Positions 60,247-64,000 of a stretch of DNA of 64,000 nucleotides are shown here, one piece after another (within the stretch, counting starts at the first letter, position 1; every line of letters begins with the position of its first letter). The stretch lies in the IMG/VR virus record IMGVR_UViG_3300024999_000051, one strand, 5' to 3'. This stretch comes from an uncultured virus (IMG/VR IMGVR_UViG_3300024999_000051). Lineage: Duplodnaviria; Heunggongvirae; Uroviricota; Caudoviricetes. The notes under the pieces are model-generated. The model ran no database searches. It was not told the DNA's origin and saw only the letters and a program-made list of their open reading frames with translations. Both the position numbers and the translations under genes were made by a program.

Positions 60247-60588
60247 TTATAAATTATTTTCAGCATCATCTAGTAATCCAAGGTCAATAATTTTATCATC
60301 TTGAATTATGTTTAGAGTTGAATTGCTATCGACTGAGCAAGAAAACCATTTGTTTGTAACATTGTCAGTTGTGAGGACTGTGAAGGTATCGCCATTTTCA
60401 TTTTGGATAATTGTATGATAAGTTGAATCTGATGGATTGTAGGTGGATTGTGTGGCTAGTGCTATCATTGTGTATGATGTGTCGGATCCAGGTTTGATTG
60501 ATGGATTTGCTGAAGTTGTTAGGATTGAGGATGTAAGGAGAGTTAAGGAAAGGGTTAGGATTGAGAGGATTGGAATTAATTTTTTCAT
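60247..60588 (-). CDS. secreted protein
   Basis: MKK plus hydrophobic core plus TSA cleavage-like site. Confidence 0.7.
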   Translation of the reverse strand: MKKLIPILSILTLSLTLLTSSILTTSANPSIKPGSDTSYTMIALATQSTYNPSDSTYHTIIQNENGDTFTVLTTDNVTNKWFSCSVDSNSTLNIIQDDKIIDLGLLDDAENNL

Positions 60589-60750
60589 TTGTTTGGCCTT
60601 CTTTCTTTTTATATTTTTTGGTTTTAGATATGTATTTGATATTGATTAGAATTATATAGGATAGTGAATAGGATGTAAACATTTATTTTATAATTTATGG
60701 ATATAGAAGGGATAAGAAAAAAAGAAAAAATTATTAGAAGTATATATTCA

Positions 60751-60778
60751 GTCATTGAGCGAATAGCGAAATGCTGAC
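60751..60778. other. hairpin with GAGCGAATAGCGA loop (pas/ssi-like)
   Basis: GTCA..TGAC and CAT/ATG stems; same loop as 15791-15817. Confidence 0.55.
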
Positions 60779-60832
60779 ATACGTTCCTAAATCACTGTAT
60801 TTATTGAGGATTTTAAAATAATAAAGAAAAGA

Positions 60833-60902
60833 AAAAGTTTAAAGTTTTGTTGTCCCCTTTATTACTTATTATATTAAGGGCATTTCAAAACTTTAAACTT
60901 TT
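60833..60902. repeat. 17-bp inverted repeat around a 36-bp spacer
   Basis: AAAAGTTTAAAGTTTTG...CAAAACTTTAAACTTTT, 5 nt from the stop of 60908..62152. Confidence 0.85.
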
Positions 60903-60907
60903 ATTTA

Positions 60908-62152
60908 TTAATCCATTTCATCTAATAATTGTTGCAATATATCATCTATAGATTTTTCTTCTATCATTTCTAATTTAATTCGTTTTACTATTTCTTTAAT
61001 GTTTACAGCACCTTTAATTATTAAATTATTTCCTAATTGAATATTATCATTTAAATAATTTTCTTTTGATCTTCTAAGAGTTCTTTGTCCTTTAGTATCA
61101 TTTTTCATTTTTCCAATGATCTTAGACTTTTCTTCGATAGCTCTATTATGTCTATTTTCTGCATTTATGTTAGTTCTATCTATTACCTCACTATTCAATA
61201 TTATTTTACTTGCTATCTTTTCATCCTCACTTAGTTCAAATTCGCCAAAAATATCATTTACAGCCACTTTAATATGTTTTTCATTGAATAAGATTTTATA
61301 TGACTTATAGTAAAAAGCAATATTCAACTTTTTAAGTATAATATCATCTATTTTATTCTTAAATGTTTCCCATAACCCTAATTTAATAACTTTTTGTTTA
61401 CTGTCACAACCTAATTCGTTCATTATATCCTTTTCAGTTTCTAGGATAAATGCTTTTTCTTTATTTGTTCCTTCCCTATAATTTAGTTTAATTTCATCAT
61501 TTGCATAATATTTATAATCAATTTGTTCTTCGTCATATTGGTCTATGTATTTTCTTTTTATTACCTCGGTTCCATCGCGCATTATTTCAGCCATTGGGAT
61601 AGCTTCAGCTATAGTAATCTCTCTAGACCATGTTGCAAGTGATTGATTTTCTAGACTTTTAAGGGCTTGCTGCAAGTTTCTTTCTAACATGTCATCATTT
61701 AAGTCATACCACTCTTCTACGGTTTCTTTATCTATATTCATAAATTTAGATAATTTTAATATTCTTCTTTTACAATAGACGTAATTGTCATTTATCATAT
61801 GGAATTCTTTTAATAATTGATTTTTAGATAAGAACACCATGCCAAAACCTTGTTTAGTATTTCCTCCTTGAAACAATAAATCTAGTATCAAGTTTTCTAT
61901 AATTTTAGTATATTCTGTGACATTGTTAGCTCCTCCTCTTGTCTCTATTTTTTCTAATGGGTTATTATATATTTCGTCTATAATAAATTTATTTCCAGAT
62001 TTATGATATTTGAAAAATCTTTCAAATTCTTTTAGTTGATATTTCTTAGATCCACCTACAGCCATTTTTTCATCTAGGACAGCACATAATTCTTTGTAGT
62101 TTTTGATTATGTTAGATGTTAAGATATATTCTCTAAGTTTAGGTATGTTCAT
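60908..62152 (-). CDS. hypothetical protein, candidate replication/DNA-binding protein
   Basis: 414 aa, AAGGAG RBS; KNYKELC..L...G.SK..QL N-terminus; origin-like elements downstream. Confidence 0.7.
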   Translation of the reverse strand: MNIPKLREYILTSNIIKNYKELCAVLDEKMAVGGSKKYQLKEFERFFKYHKSGNKFIIDEIYNNPLEKIETRGGANNVTEYTKIIENLILDLLFQGGNTKQGFGMVFLSKNQLLKEFHMINDNYVYCKRRILKLSKFMNIDKETVEEWYDLNDDMLERNLQQALKSLENQSLATWSREITIAEAIPMAEIMRDGTEVIKRKYIDQYDEEQIDYKYYANDEIKLNYREGTNKEKAFILETEKDIMNELGCDSKQKVIKLGLWETFKNKIDDIILKKLNIAFYYKSYKILFNEKHIKVAVNDIFGEFELSEDEKIASKIILNSEVIDRTNINAENRHNRAIEEKSKIIGKMKNDTKGQRTLRRSKENYLNDNIQLGNNLIIKGAVNIKEIVKRIKLEMIEEKSIDDILQQLLDEMD

Positions 62153-62182
62153 TTTTGTTTTGCTCCTTCTTATTTTATTTAA

Positions 62183-62223
62183 TAAATTTCTTAAGGGTTT
62201 ATATTAAACCCTTAAGAAATTTA
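62183..62223. repeat. perfect 19-bp inverted repeat, 3-nt loop
   Basis: TAAATTTCTTAAGGGTTTA-TAT-TAAACCCTTAAGAAATTTA. Confidence 0.9.
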
Positions 62224-62233
62224 ATTTGTATAG

Positions 62234-62752
62234 TTACATCATTTCGTTTTCAGTGCAATCATTTAATATTTTAAATATATAATCAGTTTTATTTTTCATC
62301 TCATTGTTTATTATCCTTCCTATAATACTTCTATAAATTCCTAGTGCTTCACTAGCTTTATTCATACTATTATATACGGTTTTTTCTTTACTATATTTAT
62401 GTACCACTTCTATTTTATGTACATCTTCATGCAATTGGTTCTGTTCGTCTCTTGTAATAAATTTACATGTATCAATTGAATATATTTTTATATCTTTATT
62501 TAATAAGTCTTTATCTAAACTATAAATATGATCTTTATCTTCAATCCATCTATTATAGTTTTCTAGTGTCTGTATATCTTTATAGAACGTGTATTCATTC
62601 AACCAATCATTAGATACAGTAACACCGGAGCCACCATAGTATTCGTATTTATCCTTTAGAGGGTTATAACATCTATTAAGCATGTTTCTCCATAATGTTT
62701 TTACCTTTTGTGGAATGTTTTCCTTTGATGATTTCCCAAATTTACAATACAA
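62234..62752 (-). CDS. HNH-like homing endonuclease with NUMOD1-like C-terminus
   Basis: WRNMLNRCYNP...YGGSGVTV...W...LDKD...YS..TC.F; YNSMNKASEALGI. Confidence 0.8.
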   Translation of the reverse strand: MYCKFGKSSKENIPQKVKTLWRNMLNRCYNPLKDKYEYYGGSGVTVSNDWLNEYTFYKDIQTLENYNRWIEDKDHIYSLDKDLLNKDIKIYSIDTCKFITRDEQNQLHEDVHKIEVVHKYSKEKTVYNSMNKASEALGIYRSIIGRIINNEMKNKTDYIFKILNDCTENEMM

Positions 62753-62922
62753 TATTTATCATTACTCCTTTATTATTTTATTTTTATATTAAATGAATGG
62801 ATAGAATTAATCACGCTATGTATGGCCGGATCTATAGATAGTAATAGCAAAAATTATAATTATTATAATAGTTCGCTCAACTTCTTTCTTTAATAAATTA
62901 TTTTATATTTGCACCACTTATC

Positions 62923-62951
62923 ATTATATCATTTTGGGAAAGGTATGTCAA
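62923..62951 (-). promoter_or_regulatory. consensus sigmaA promoter
   Basis: TTGACA-N17-TATAAT with TG extension. Confidence 0.8.
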
Positions 62952-64000
62952 TTATTATTTTATGGTTTGTTTTTGGTGTGATATGCGCCAGGATTGATTG
63001 TAAGAGGGTTTAAGGGATTAGTTGTGGGATGCTGTAGGTGTTTAGATATTAGGTCGTAGTTGTTTTGTGTCAAGTAATTTTACTTTACAGTGTTTATTAT
63101 TATATTATGATATGTTTATAATAGATTATTATAAGTTTAGTATATTCTCATATAATAGTATTAGTATATGATTAATTTATAACTATATTATAAATGCTTA
63201 TGATTATATGTTCATATTAGATTATTACAATATTAGATTATTATCATATAGTAATATTGAATTGTGTCTGAATTGTGAATCCTTTAGATAAGTAAAGTAG
63301 TAAGTGTTCAAGGATTTCTGCAATGTTATGCAAAACGATATTGATACGTATTTGATGCGCATAGTAAGTAATCAACATCAAGGCCCAATAATATCATCAT
63401 TCACCCACATTTTCCCGATCAATTCAATTCGACATTTCATTACCGAGTGCAGCCGGATCAATGCCAGGACATTATCTGTATTCTATCCTCTTCTATCCAT
63501 TATCATTCCCTTTCAATTTCCTCTCTAAATTTGCCCTTCTAAGCTCTCCAAACATCCCGACCGACACATTATAACCCTCAATAATCCTCGAATGTAACAC
63601 ATCCCTCTTTTGTCACATTCAGAAAATAGTAACAATCCGCTTGTATCAAGGGTTTCAGGGTTTGTGTGTTAGGCCGGATTGATTTGTTTCAGTTGGTCAT
63701 AAGTATAGACTATAGACAATTTTCTATGCCATGCTTCACTATGCAATATTCATGCCAATTATCTAGGTATAGGGGCATAGATTACAAATTATGTTTCGAC
63801 ATGGTTCGACATTATGTGCAGAGTACTTCTTGTTCCATCGAAAAGTTGAAAATCGAATTGGAATAAAACTAAAAATTAAAATCATTAAATCTCACCAATC
63901 TCCCTTCGTATTTTCTTCGCAAAAACATAATCAACACAACAATTTCCACTCATATAAATCAATATTCAAAATCACAAAACTCATCAAAAGTTAAATAAAT

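Larger units (their letters stand above)
1..64000 (-). mobile_element. Large Firmicutes phage/prophage, early and accessory gene region
   Basis: Dense co-oriented small ORFs; phage-typical YopX, BRO, Lar, HNH, ArdC-like and XRE genes; no host housekeeping genes; no ends or att sites seen. Confidence 0.9.

Noticed and set aside
60480..60580. AGGATTGAG-like periodic repeats
   Set aside because: Explained by the ILS/ILT codons of the signal peptide
11..63994. Plus-strand ORFs in the track
   Set aside because: Nearly all are antisense shadows of minus-strand genes, with S/L/F/I-biased composition and no RBS

Overview
AT-rich segment of a large Firmicutes (probably clostridial, SPbeta-like in gene content) phage or prophage. 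About 150 mostly small genes lie almost entirely on the minus strand, with Firmicutes-type RBSs and sigmaA-type promoters. No structural, terminase, integrase, tRNA, rRNA or CRISPR features were seen. Recognisable proteins: an HD hydrolase, Lar-like proteins, two YopX, an Apyc1-like MBL hydrolase, a helicase-like protein with DUF5659, SLOG/YspA, four HNH nucleases, ASCH/DUF3850, a BRO antirepressor, an M28 peptidase, an ArdC-like domain, a large methyltransferase and DUF262. The most striking signals are non-coding. (1) A ~14-kb leftward unit (52.9 to 38.3 kb) begins with a ~0.9-kb structured leader carrying an rrn-type boxA. It continues through about 20 intergenic AUAACA motifs, mostly in long hairpins, and contains a type II hammerhead ribozyme and a twister-like ribozyme, suggesting an RNA processing/antitermination system. 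(2) Two orphan genes are each followed by the same inverted repeat plus pas/ssi-like hairpin (candidate replication modules). (3) A YRAA-N7/8-TTYA pseudo-palindrome recurs at gene junctions of the left half (cassette-like). (4) 53-60 kb consists of promoter-gene-terminator units with a degenerate ~85-bp spacer element. Seven genes in 1-38 kb carry single frameshift or nonsense lesions. All family calls are by motif recognition; no searches were run.
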